Shown one piece after another: positions 1 to 14,005 of a stretch of 27,207 nucleotides of DNA. Source of the DNA: Sarea resinae. Taxonomy: Eukaryota. Position 1 is the stretch's first letter. Every line of letters starts with the position of its first letter. The stretch lies in NCBI GenBank assembly GCA_026026165.1, contig JAPEUD010000092.1:62001-89207 (forward strand). Direction: 5' to 3'. Position numbers and translations under genes: made by a program. Under the pieces are notes generated by a model that ran no database searches, was not told the origin of the DNA, and saw nothing but the letters and a program-made list of their open reading frames with translations.

Positions 1-446
1 TTGGTACAACTCCTTTGAACCGGCACGGCAGGAAAGTTTCCATAATATGAATGCCCGTATAGCTGGCAAGAAGTGACTGGAGTTATCCAGCATTCAATGT
101 TCTATAATGCCAAACACCTCACATTAACATAAGACGAGTTGTCCTGCTCTTGGAGTCGATTCACTGTGTGACGCTTACTATGAATGGGGTTCTCGAGTCC
201 AGTGGTGAATTGAAAACCCCCAAGCATAAGAGTTTTCGTCTGTCGTGTGCGAGTTTCTTCTCTTTTCCTCGTTGCTCTACATCCCACACTGGAGGAAGCT
301 AGCACTTCTCCAACATATTTTGCCTCCAGCCCTATTCTTATCCTTCTTCTTGCGCTCTAAATACTGGGTGCCTAATGGAACGCGGTGTACTGAGGACCTA
401 CTTGTCAGACTCCGGCTCGTTGAAGAGCTTTGAAACCACCTGCACC

Positions 447-2213
447 ATGCGAGCCGCCGAGGTTGGAGACGAGGCTGATAACCCTGAAAGAATCCGCCAT
501 ACTTCTATCATAATACCGGAATTTTATGAATATCAACCGAGTAACTTTCGCCTTGCCCCAGCCCCGTTGCCCCGTCGCCCACCGAAGTCGGTGGCAACTA
601 GGAAACCTCGTTGCGCATGGTACCCGGAACAAGGAAAAGCGGAGGCCCAACTCGGGCTTCAGCGTCCACCCCCGCTATCTATTGCCCCAATCGCCGTGTC
701 GGATTTTGATGCTGCATCTACTATGCCTAGGGTTGCTGGTGAGCAAGAGAATGACGATGTGGAAGAAGAACCTTTGAATGGTCGATTTCTGTCCGGGGCT
801 CATGCTTTTGCGGGACATCTTATTGTGTTCAATGTGTGGTAAGTGCTGGAACACCGTCATTGCCTTCTCTCTCTGACCCACAAGTGACACATGTAGGGGT
901 TTGAATCTTGTAGGATACTACTACTGTGCTGATAACATACCTTGCTGACCCTGCTAAACTTAGTCGTTTGGGATATTCCAGGCCTACTACAAGGAAACAC
1001 TTCTTCCAGGCACTTCACTAGCTCTGATATCTTGGATTGGATCTGTCCAGGTTTCCACCCTGTTCATTCTAAGCTCGCTTTTTATAAAGATCGTCGAAGC
1101 TAGCAGGCTCCAAAATCTATTTCGATCCGGTTGCCTTCTTTTGGTGGCCGCTGTGGTTGCGACTAGCTTTTGCTCAGAATGGTATCAGCTCTTCTTAATC
1201 CAGGGCATCGTGACAGGCATCGCTATGGGAATAGTGTATAGCTCCTCAAGTGTGGACAGAATGGCGTACTTCTCCAAAACCACGGCATTGGCATCGGCGA
1301 TTGCTGCTACAGGGGCAAGTACGGGGGGAATCATATATCCTCTTGTGATATCTAGACTGCTTCCTAGTGTTGGTTTTCCTTGGACCGTGCGAGTAATCGC
1401 ATTGATCATGGCTGTTATCTTCGTTCCTCCAATGATCATTCACCGCCGGCACCCTGTGGTACAAATCCGAAACGATAGAAAACCGTACCAGGCAATGGAT
1501 TGGACTGTTTTTCGCGATGGCCCATATCTTCTTCTGACCGCAGGTATGCCAACTTGGGACGATGTTCAGCTCTCGCCCCTGGATAAGACTCCCACTGACC
1601 ATCTGGAAGGAATGTTCTTCACCTTTTTGGGACTGTATTTTGGGTTTTACTATGTATACTTCCCCCCCTGAGCTGATTTGAGCGTCCCTACTTCCGTGAA
1701 TAGATTACCTCCTATGGCACGAGTGTCGTCGGCCTCTCTCCGAACAACGCCATCAATCTGCTCGTCATCATGAATGCCGCCAATTTTCCCGGACGAATTC
1801 TCCCTAATTTCGTCTCTAATACCTGCATAGGCCCGGTCAACACCCTTATTCTGGCCACTTTCATATCAGGGATGTTGATGTTCCTCTGGATCTGCGTCCC
1901 AAGCCACTCGTCATTGATGCTTCTTGCCTGCCTTTACGGTTTCGTGGTCGCGGTAATCCAGAGCCTTTACACATTGACTATCCATGGCTTCTGCTCCGAT
2001 CGACAAAAGGCGCCAGTGCGACTGGGCATGGTACTAGTGCTCATCGGGTGTGCTTGTATGAGTGGGCCGCCGATTGGAGGTGCCTTGATCGCGGCCAATG
2101 GAGGCGGCTATCTGTATGCGCAGCTGTTTGTCGGCGTTACGATCGTTGTCGGGGCACTGTTCTACCTGACAGCTCGCTTGGCCAAGGCAGGCGTCGAGCC
2201 CGTCCGAGTATAG
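447..2213 (+). CDS. MFS monocarboxylate porter family (Mch-like) transporter, 5 exons
   Basis: Exons join in frame: 447-838, 897-909, 964-1543, 1610-1653, 1704-2213, with GT..AG introns and CTGAC/CTAAC-like branch sites. Spliced product reads AGHLIVFNVWGLNLSFGIFQAYY...ISWIGSVQ...LIQGIVTGIAMG...YFSKTTALASAIAATGASTGGIIYP...GFPWTVR...GRILP...GPVNT...GPPIGGALI, typical of fungal MCT-family MFS. Start codon uncertain (375 or 447). Confidence 0.88.
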
Positions 2214-3266
2214 AGCGGTCTGCTTTCGTAGTGCTATTTGATGATGAAAGAGGGCCTCTAGGGCCAGAAGGGGGTCGACGAACAAAGGAGTGATACCATT
2301 AATGATCCAATATGAGATACCCCCCACGATTGTGATGAGGAAGGACGGTGGTATCTAGAGTATCATATCACGTTGGCGTCTAAAACGCCGTAGACCCTCG
2401 CTTCTAGCGTTTAGGAGGGCCCCCCTTCGCCCGGGAATGCGGAGAAGCTGGGCGCCTCGAAGGCACGTAATGAGCTGCAGCTAAAGAGCAGACTTTCCCT
2501 AGATCGGAAATGAGATCTTTTCGAGATTCGACATGATCATGATCTTTCCCAACGAGTGAAGCAATCGGTCATGGGATAGGACGCCGGCCCTTACCCCGCA
2601 AAACCCAAATCCCCGAACCTTGCTGTATCCCTTCGCCTCGTGCCGTGTCTGAAAACTCTAAAGACAAAGTACTTTGCTAACGCCGATAACTAATTCCGAA
2701 TGCGCATTGTGCTGCAAGAATGCTGACAACGAGAGAGGGTTGATGGTACTGGTGATGATGGCAGTGACAATCAAACGCCCTCATCATTTTCCCACGACCA
2801 GGACGAACCCCGCAGTCCGCAGAACTGGATAATCCGTCCTCCGGAGGCTCAAAGGTGGGAGAGCACGGCAGAAACTGACTGCCTACTGCAGTACGCGCGG
2901 GTGCGACCTACTGAAACGGAAGCTAGAATGACATCTGCGGGGAAAGAGATGGAAGGCCTCAAGGCGTGCAGAGACCACATTCGCCTTTTACTCTGGACAG
3001 GCTAGTTGCTGATGGCCTTATTCTCACCGGTCCAATGAGAACTGAACGACAGCAATGCGCGAAAGCTTCTTTCCAAGATATTGCCTCGATGGCCGTTACG
3101 TGGCAGAACGATCGAGAGGCCTTGCGGTCTGCAATCAACCGTCATACGCCCCGCCGTCACTTGCTCGGCCTTCATTTAAGAGCAATGCTATCTTTCCATC
3201 CTCACCTTGCCCTTTACTCTCTTCCCTTTTCTCCCTTGCTTCTTCTTCGAGCCCTGCCAGAGAATC

Positions 3267-5620
<2,354 letters not shown>

Positions 5621-5728
5621 TTGGGAGATGAGGCTCAGCAGCTGCGAGATGCAACAATGGGATTTCCTTATCCTGTATAGGGCTCCATGGGGGCAGAAGG
5701 TCTTCGTTCCGCGATCTTGGTCTGCTCA

Positions 5729-5797
5729 TTTCGTTTCATTTCGATTCGATTCGTTTCGTTTCGTTTCGTTTCGTTTCGTTTCGTTTCGTTTCGTTTC
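5729..5797. repeat. (TTTCG)n pentanucleotide microsatellite
   Basis: About 13 near-perfect TTTCG units directly visible. Confidence 0.95.
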
Positions 5798-5936
5798 CTG
5801 TCTGTCTTGTATTATTAAAGTCAGTATTGGGCTGGCTAGATTGATCATTGAATGCGAGCAAAGGGTGTCTTTGAATAGACCGCCAAGGCGACGAACCTTG
5901 ATCATATCCGATGACCCACAGACTTCTGCCATTCAC

Positions 5937-6362
5937 TTATCGCCGCTTGCTCCTGAACAGGAAAAGCGGAAAGGGGATCAGGATCGCTAATGCCAAATCT
6001 AATGCCAAATCGCCTACGATCTCTGCACCCGTTTCCCTCTCTTTCCCCTTCGCGACCCCAGCCTTGCTCGTCGCGGGGCCCGTGTTGTTGTTTATCGGAG
6101 GCCCAGGTGGTTGCACCTCCTTCTGCCCTGTTTCATACTTTACCAGGTCAGCATCTGGATCCCAATCATCTCCTACGTCGCCGTCCCCATTCCCCGACGA
6201 CTCTGGCTGTTTTGATTGCTGAGCGATGGGATTGTGGTTCTGAACGGGTCGTGGCGGTGGTGCATCATCATCATCATCATCGTCATCAGCAGCACGAGGG
6301 GGGTCGTAGGGCGCGTCGGTGCCGACTGCCACGCGAGGGTTGGGAATGCGACCGAAACACAT
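5937..6362 (-). CDS. Hypothetical small low-complexity protein (poly-Asp, C-terminal hydrophobic segment)
   Basis: 141-aa ATG ORF starting MCFG; in-frame (GAT)n gives poly-D; ends in a hydrophobic stretch LALDLALAILIPFPLFLF plus basic tail. No recognisable family. Confidence 0.4.
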   Translation of the reverse strand: MCFGRIPNPRVAVGTDAPYDPPRAADDDDDDDDAPPPRPVQNHNPIAQQSKQPESSGNGDGDVGDDWDPDADLVKYETGQKEVQPPGPPINNNTGPATSKAGVAKGKERETGAEIVGDLALDLALAILIPFPLFLFRSKRR

Positions 6363-6786
6363 CGATTAATCATGTATCGTATCTAGCCAAGTACGGTAGG
6401 TAGCGCTTTCCAGTACTGTACTCGGACCACTCCGAGTATGTAGAACACTCCGGAGTAAAGTGGAGTGTGCTGTGATGCTATTATTCCTCTAGACCACTGC
6501 GGCAATCGTCTTCGGGGATGTCTCGGGATCAAGCAAGTGCTGTGCGGGCTGTGTTTGTGTATGTGTCGGTGGTTGTGGTTGTGGTCGTGCTGTGGTCGGG
6601 ACTCGCAAGTACCGCGAGCCCGACAGGCGACGGCCAAGCACATTCTCGCCTTGACACTTCGGGATACAGCTTCACCTCGTCATGTCGCTCTTAATTACTT
6701 TACGGGTAACTTTCTTCTCAATATGATATGACTCCTTCATGTCGATGGCTTGGAATATATGACCGTGGACAACCCCACTATTAACA

Positions 6787-8537
6787 ATGGCGCCCTTCTG
6801 TGAGCCGAAGCTCTGGAGCTTCACTCTCCTTCGTTCTTCGCGCACCGGCCACATTCGCTCGATCACCTCGGGCGCGCTGAGCCATGCTTCAATACGGAGC
6901 CGGGCGTTGACCTCGTCTGCTTCGCCAACGCCAGTGCCCAACAAACAGCCGCATCTCAATTTCCGCTCATTCGTTGCGGCCCTGCGCGAGGATGGAGACC
7001 TGGCAGATATCGATGCCGAGGTGGATCCAGATGGCGAAGTGGGTGCCGTCACTCGCAAGGTCTACGAGACGAGGGAAAAGGCGCCCTTGTTCAACAACGT
7101 TCGTGGTGCTCAGGATGGGCTTTTCAGAATCCTGGGTGCTCCCGGTGGTCTCCGAAAGGGCAGGGCGGGAAGAGGACAATACGGACGTCTGGCAATGCAT
7201 TTTGGCTTGCCGTCCGATGCCTCGCCAAGGGACATCATCGACAAAGTGATGTCGGTGAAATTCGCCGATCCTGTGCCCCCAACCGTGGTTGCTACAGCTC
7301 CGTGCAAGGATCATGTCATTTCCGGCGATGATATCGATCTTACCAGCCTTCCAGTGCCTCTACTACATGGAAATGATGGAGGGAGATATCTACAAAGCTT
7401 TGGAATGCATGTTGTGCAGACTCCGGATCAGTCATGGACAAACTGGTCGATCGCGCGGTCGATGGTGCACAGCAAGAACAAGCTCACGGGGATTGTGGCC
7501 GGCTCGCAACACCTGGGCATGATTCACAAGATGTGGAAAGAAAAGGGCGAAGATACCCCATGGGCGCTCGCTCTGGGCGTACCCCCAACCGCTATCGCCG
7601 TGAGCGGCATGCCCATCCCCGAGAATGTTAATGAGAGCGGTTATGTCGGGGCCCTCGCTGGAGCCCCCGTGGATGTTATCAAATGTGAGACAAACGACCT
7701 TTATATCCCTGCCACATCTGAAATCGTTTTGGAGGGAACCATCTCCGCTTCCGAAAGAGCGAACGAGGGTCCGATGGGAGAGATGTTTGGCGTCTTATGG
7801 CCTGGCAAGCAGGCAAATCAGCCTGTGTTCAATGTCAAGGCTATCACCCATCGAAAGGACGCTATCTTGCCGATATCGGTAGCCGGCAGAGCCCCCGATG
7901 AGACCGTAGGTTATCGTCAAGTCTGATAGAGAAGATTGACTGACAGGAACAGCACACTATCTTTGGTTTCCTCGCATCTGCATCCATTTTAGAGGTTTGT
8001 GAAAGGCACGACCTGCCAGTGAAATCCGCATGGGTGCCTCATGAAACCTATGCTCTCTGGGCAGCGTTACAACTCGATATGACAAAAGTCCGAGCGATGA
8101 ATTTGACCCGTCAGGAGTTTTGTCGCCGAGTGGGCGATGTGATCTTTGGCTCTCATGCCGCGGCCACCGTTTCCAGGATCCTCCTGGTTGGCGAAGACAT
8201 TGAGCCAACCCGATTTGACGATGTCCTCTGGGCTTCCACTACCCGTTGTCGCCCTGGTCAGGATGAGTATCTCTTCGAAGACGCCAAGAGCTTTTATCTT
8301 GTGCCGTTCATGTCGCATGGACCTGGGAATCCCCACAAAGGGGGCAGGGTCGTTGCAGATTGTTTATTTACAGAGCAGTGGACCCAAGATGACTTTCAGT
8401 TCGTCGAGGCCAGCTTCGACGGGGGATATCCGAAGGAGGTTCGCGATTTCGTCAATGCGAATTGGAAGGAAAAGTATGGATTTGGCAAGTGCGATGATGC
8501 ATTGTTGGGCCAGTTCATGGACGAGCGCGGATGTTGA
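6787..8537 (+). CDS. fdc1: UbiD-family prenylated-FMN-dependent (de)carboxylase, Fdc1/ferulic acid decarboxylase-like, 567 aa, 1 intron (7906-7952)
   Basis: HLNFRSFVAAL, APLFNNV, PVPLLHGNDGGRYLQSFG, WTNWSIAR, QHLG, EIVLEG, EGPMGEM. GTAGGT..CTGAC..CAG intron joins PDET/HTIFG in frame; then VLWASTTRCRPGQDE and GGRVVADC. Symbol indicates family-level similarity, not proven orthology. Confidence 0.93.
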
Positions 8538-9527
8538 GAGGGGAGGATGCAATCTGGAACTATCCTTCCTAGCGGAGAAGCTGCCGAGAACGTAATTGAC
8601 ATCCTCAGCCGCCGCTGGCGAGATTGAACCCCTCGCACAGTCTGTGACCGATTCCGCTCTCCCAACAATGGGCCCACAGCAGGTTCCGCCCCCTGCCCGT
8701 CTTACCAATCTCCCGGCATATGGACTCATGCGTTAACTGCGTTGCACCTCGCAGAAATCTCGCCAACACGTGCCTCTCTCGATAATCTCTCCTAGGAATA
8801 CTACAAACATGCGGGTCAGGCCAGATCAGGCTTGTACATTGGCTCGATCCATGTTGGGTGGGTATGGATGTATCGTCTCGGAAAATTCCACGGTGCTGCT
8901 GTTTACGTAGCAACGTCTGCCTGGAATTGATCCCCTTGAAAAAGGGGGTAAGCACTGCGAACCGAAAGCCGATCTTATCTATGAAGGATCTAGGGATTAT
9001 GGGTGCAATAATGTTGGAGTTAGAGACTACGCTAGGAGGTTGACCGGACAGACGCCTGAGCGATTGATTCTAGGGGCGTTTAGATATTTGGGTTAGGTGG
9101 GATGAGTCATCCTTGGCGTTGCCATGGCCCTAGGAACCACTTTTCACCGCCAACCAAGCTTACTAGTGTTCTACAATAAGCCTTGTGGGGGACGATCCCT
9201 GGATTGGTCCGTGTTGCAAATTTGTCTGCTTATTCTGCTGCCTAACAATGATAGCTATTCGATGCAGAAAGCATCCTAGGCACACAAGACTAGGTATCTC
9301 ATGGAGTCGGTCTGATCAGGGAAACGCATCCTGTCGTCTAGTCCGTCCATTGTATTATGCCGCATATCTTTTTGCTGACGAAGCCATTCCACGACGCCGT
9401 ACGCCAAGTCGCCGCTCATCCACCATTCAGCCTACCAGCCCTGAATGCCAGTGGTGTTTGCGTTTGATATGCGCCAATTGCAACCTTGCCAAGCCAACAA
9501 AAAATGAGCCAAACTACCGGGATCATC

Positions 9528-9923
9528 TCAACCACGTTCTCGAGTGTCGGGATGGATGGACCGGAGCACTGTACTTGACATTAGCATCTGATATTGTCTG
9601 CCAAGGATCGATTGCTGGCTGTCGAGCAGCATAGCAGGTGAATGGAAGTCGAACTCACCAGTGACCAAGGAATCCATCTTTGACTTCTTCGGCGGTTGAA
9701 TGCCACTGCCGCTCTTGCTGGGCGCGGGCGACGTCGCCTCGTACTTGGGCAATTGATCGTAGTAGTAGTCTTGTTTGCCGCTCTGCGCGCTGGACGCCGT
9801 GCTGTCCTTGTAGGATGGCGGCGAACGTGCCTGTGATTGTGGCTGCTGTGACTTGCTGAAGACGGAGAAGATGGTCGGCGTCTCGCCGACGTCTTGTCGG
9901 ATGTTGGGGAGTCCGGCGGGCAT
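9528..9923 (-). CDS. Hypothetical small Ser/Pro/Lys-rich protein, probable intron starting at 9658
   Basis: ATG at 9923 (MPAGLPNIRQDVGETPTIFSVFSK...PPSYKDS...LPKYE) in a good ATCATG context, C-rich codon usage; minus-strand GTGAGT donor at 9658 and GCTAAT branch near 9580. 3' exon uncertain. Confidence 0.55.
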   Translation of the reverse strand: MPAGLPNIRQDVGETPTIFSVFSKSQQPQSQARSPPSYKDSTASSAQSGKQDYYYDQLPKYEATSPAPSKSGSGIQPPKKSKMDSLVTGEFDFHSPAMLLDSQQSILGRQYQMLMSSTVLRSIHPDTRERG

Positions 9924-11099
9924 GATTGATGTGGTTTTGGGGTTGATGGGGGAAGGGAGAAGACGATTGGATTGGGATTGGGATTGGGATTGGGAGTAGT
10001 GAGATTGATATATCGATACTGAGGCTCTGTAGGCTAGAGGGCTTTTCGATATGCTGTGATGCACACTGAGAGAATGAACGATCAAACCGTTCTTATACTA
10101 CGGTCGAATTGGCTTTCTTGATACTCTACATTTCGTTCCCTCTTTTTCTTTTTCCCTCTCCACCGCCCAATTCCCATGGCCACCATGCATCCATGCATCC
10201 ATCGTCGTCATCCCCGTTCGTCATCCCGTTGTCTTCGGAACTGATGCCTTGGCGATGCCTCAGGTTCGTTGGTTGGATGGATGGATGGATGCACAGATCG
10301 TCGTTTGTGGCAGCGAGCTGGCGTGGTCAGAGAGCTTCTTCGTCATCAACCGAGGGCGCCTAATCCCTTTATCCGTACGGAAAAGTTTGGAGAATCGACA
10401 GGGGGGCTCAGATAGGCTTCAGCGGCGTCGTACATTGTAGTTAGTGGAAAGCAGTGGGTGAGTGGAGAATGGAGATGAGGTTAGGTTAGTCATTTAGGCA
10501 GGGCTGATGCGTGTGCGGCTTGGGAGCCAAGGAGCCCTGTCTCCATGGCGCTTGTTCTTCTTGAGAGCTCGTTTCTTTGTCAGATCTCCATTCTCGGGTG
10601 ATAGGGCTAAGCTTTGCCTGCGCCAAACCATCTCGAGCCTTGCAGGTGGATGAGGGACAGGGCACAGGGCAGGGGACAAGGCGACACTGGGACAAGCGAA
10701 CGAACTTTGTGGAGTGTTGAGTGGTGGTGGGCGGGAAGTGCGGGAAGCGAGAGGACGACACATCACTTTGCGGGGTGCTCAGACACATGGCATGGCATGG
10801 TGGAGTCACCGTGACTCTGTCATACCGATCAAAGATGCGGCTCTAGATACCGTATACGCGCTGTAGGCCTCTTTCTTTCTAAGCAATTGATGGAATTTCC
10901 ATCGTCGTCATTGTCGTCGTCGTCGTCGTGCATATCTAGGTAAGGTAGGCACTGTAGGGGCTAGCTGAATAATAAACGCGGGGTACGGGATGGTATGGAT
11001 TATGACTCAAAACCTACTAACCTTCCCTTATCCTAGGTAGGTAGCCTCGATAGCGCTGACGGGTGCGGCCATAATGTGCCTGAGTCACTCTTAGGCTTT

Positions 11100-12500
11100 T
11101 TCACGAAATGCTGGTCGCCGAATGCTGCATGTCTGCTGAATGCATATTGAATTGCATAGATTCTCCGATAGCATTACGACGCCTTTCATTTGGCGGCTTT
11201 TAATTGTCCGCGTCGTAGAACGTGTCTGAGCCGCGTGCGAGTTGAATCTGTGCTGTATTCCCGAGAAGGAGAACGCCAACGAATTTTTGCTTGAATTCGT
11301 CTCCGAGAATCTGTTGATGTTATTTTCCGTCTACCGCGGCAATATCATTATTGTGGATCCTAATGCCCTGTTTCTTCACCCGTGATGGTCAGGTTCCATT
11401 GCGTGGCATCGCCTAGGAGAACTCGTCTCGGTCTCATTTGGCATGAGTTTTTCATCATACCAATCCCGCTTGAGGGAGCAAAGTCGATATTTGTAGCTCA
11501 AATGCGCAAAAGATTCTTTGTAACGACCTACGTTGAAGAGACAGCTAGTGTCACCCTCTCGAGACTGGTCTCCATAGATGACTCGTCGATACTACACTTC
11601 TTGACTTCTATCACACTTGAGCGATAAGGAGATTTCAGATCAGTGAGCTTCTGATCAGTGTTGAATATACAGTCTTTCTGATGATAACGACTAGAACTGG
11701 TCCTCTATTCAAAGTCTTAGGCTGGGACTGCTTATTGTGACGAGAAATGGAAAGCTGATCGCCACGATTCCAATGGCACCATTTGCATGCATTTCCGACA
11801 GAAATTGAGCGCGACACACAGCCGCAAAGTGAAAGTGTCTTGCAATTCAGGATATCTTAGGTCCCTCGTGCTCGGAAATCTTGACGGGCAGCTACGTACC
11901 AAAGTATCCTATCAACAAACGGCTGAAAGGCTCCGATTGCTGCCTAAAATACTTTGATATCTTCGGCGAGCACTGAAACTGTGAGAAATCGCCTTAGCAG
12001 CATGGCTTCAAACGACAGCTACATCAATGACTGTAAATTCATTATGAACGAGAGATTACAGATCGCGATTCCTCCGGGTCACCTCCAAAATTTCACCCCG
12101 CAACCTATCCGAATCGTCGAAGGCATCCTCTGTAACCTGTTTGCGCAGTCGCTAGACAACACTTCAAAAGACGTCAACCTTTGGCTGCCATCGATCAAAC
12201 GAGAGCTTGGACTACTGGCAAACAGTGGGCCTGGCGTTGCGAAGGATCTTGATGGAATCAGATACAAATTTGTCACGCGTCTGTGCAATTATTGCGTACA
12301 CTACGCAGTCACTTGATGCAACCTCACTGACAGCTAAGATAGAGAGCGCGAATTTCTCGTCCGATTCCAGCACTAGTCTATAGTCCAGTACAGCCGTGAG
12401 AGGATCGAGTATTGAGAGGCATAAAGAGGATCTATAGAATTCGGAATTGCGACGACAAGGAGGGAGACGATACAAGAGTGATAAAGGAAGGTCTGCACGC
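11100..12500 (-). pseudogene. Possible decayed gene of unknown family
   Basis: The frame of ORF 12212-12502 continues protein-like (e.g. RLRKQVTEDAFDDSDRLRGEILEVTRRNRDL) through scattered stops. No domain recognised; strand and limits uncertain. Confidence 0.2.
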
Positions 12501-12796
12501 AAAACTATAGTACGCTTTGTTCTCAGATCACAGCATATGAAGGATCAGCGGACGAGATCAGGAAGACAATATGAACAAAACCCCTAGGAATAGAGCAGCT
12601 ATAGATATATTATATCCTCTCTAAAGGCTTTACTGTGTTGCTAGTACTCTCTGTGTTGTTTCTTGCCCTCTTCTTATTCTACCAGACCTCTCCTGACGCA
12701 TGTTAGAGTAACACTTGTGGCCTCTGAATACTCGGGGATGAACAGTAGTCAAAGACTTGATAGATTTTCTCATTGGCTAAAAGAGACCCCTTGCTC

Positions 12797-13495
12797 TTAG
12801 AGACTCCTTGGGAAGCACGGCTCATTTCCCGTGAGACCTTTTATCCTCAGCTCCACCGTTCTCTCATCAAGGAACAGCTGGTATTCCGCCTTTGGTATTT
12901 TGCCATCCTCATCCTCCCACACCCGATAACCAACCTTTTCCCATACTTGAAGCTGGCGCAGGAAATTCGACGAAGGTTTCACCTCTTTCCGTCGCGAACG
13001 GACCAAGCTCATTGTCTCTTTGAGGCTGCTGCTATTCTTGCGCATTAGATATGCGATGACGACCGTCGAAGACCGAGATATTCCGTAATCACATTGTATA
13101 AGGACGCCGGCATAAGTGGGCGTGCCCCTGACATCGTCAGTCATCTTTGAAAAACATGTAGAAGAAAGACGTACGTACGATGAGAGCACCGTGTCGATGA
13201 AATCGCAGATTCGATTCATATGAACCAAGAGATCCTCTGTTGGCGAATCCAGGCATTCAATAAATAGATGACGATCTTCTGGAACAATCTCTCGAAAACG
13301 TCCCTGGCTCCATAGTCCATCTGGAGCATCCGTAAGGGAGACAACGGCGTCTATATGAAGCTCTCGGAGAGCATTCACATCGCGGAGGGCCGCGCCGTTG
13401 CCGAGGAAGACGCCTGATGTGATTTTCGACAGCGACGGCGTATTTCGTCTCTGGAACAATTGCACTCTCCTTTCAAAATCGAGCGTGGTGGGCAT
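12797..13495 (-). CDS. Dual-specificity protein phosphatase (atypical DSP, Yvh1/DUSP12-like catalytic domain)
   Basis: SKITSGVFLG, LHIDAVVSL, acid-loop CLDSPTEDLL, ICDFID, P-loop VLIQCDYGISRSSTVVIAYLM, VKPSSNFLRQL. Start taken at ATG 13495 (MPTTLDF); could be further upstream. Confidence 0.85.
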   Translation of the reverse strand: MPTTLDFERRVQLFQRRNTPSLSKITSGVFLGNGAALRDVNALRELHIDAVVSLTDAPDGLWSQGRFREIVPEDRHLFIECLDSPTEDLLVHMNRICDFIDTVLSSYVRLSSTCFSKMTDDVRGTPTYAGVLIQCDYGISRSSTVVIAYLMRKNSSSLKETMSLVRSRRKEVKPSSNFLRQLQVWEKVGYRVWEDEDGKIPKAEYQLFLDERTVELRIKGLTGNEPCFPRSL

Positions 13496-13674
13496 TCTCC
13501 TACATCGAAGGCGACGACACATCCATCTGCTAGAGAGTAGGGAAGGTTGTCCGCCGTCTTCCACGTTCTCTTCGACAGGGTATTAGGAACCCAGGTACGG
13601 AGAAACTTGCAGATACACGCGGGAGCCGCTGTTACGTACTGCGCAAGTAGAGTAATAGACGGCCAGAGTACAAA

Positions 13675-14005
13675 ATATAGGTACCTTGTCGTGTCTAGTA
13701 AGGTGCGCGAATTTGTTAAGTAGCACTTCTATTTACAAACTATAAGTATTTAAACATTACACTCTAGATTTACACCTAGCTGTATTGTAGGCCGCTATAA
13801 CACTGTCTTTCTACTCTGTAGTAGTTAATTCTATTCTAAAGTAGTAAGCAAAGCAAGATAAGGTACTCTCTTGTAAATTTCTGTTGTAGTACTTCGTACT
13901 ACAACTTTAGGACGTCATTTTTAGTACCTCCGTGGCTGTTCTTCGCCCTAGGCGCGACAACACTCCTATAAGGGGGCCTCCGGAAAATACAAGGTAGTAG
14001 ATGCG
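13675..14005. repeat. Dispersed repeat copy A (RIP-eroded AT-rich part plus GC-rich ~100-bp core 13899-14000)
   Basis: Aligns by eye with 15685-16035 (TATTTAAA..CTCTAGATTTA..; TAAAGTAGTAAGYAAAGYAAGATA; AGGACGTCAYTTT..GTACCTCCGYGGC..GGCGCGACAACAC..TAAGGGGGCCTCC); mismatches mostly transitions. Confidence 0.85.

Noticed and set aside
2410..2450. Reverse complement CTTCTCC..CCCGGGCG-AAGGGGGCCCTCC resembles parts of the repeat B core
   Set aside because: Lacks the GACAACAC and GACGTCAC blocks, needs large gaps, and has no adjacent RIP tract; likely a chance GC-rich match.
5729..5797. Tandem repeats as a CRISPR-like array
   Set aside because: No spacers; simple microsatellite in eukaryotic DNA.
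5990..6403. Plus-strand ORF with poly-His
   Set aside because: Antisense reading of the (GAT)n poly-Asp tract; no independent support.
9085..9110. GGGTTAGG and TGAGTCA (Gcn4/AP-1-like) motifs
   Set aside because: Single short matches expected by chance.
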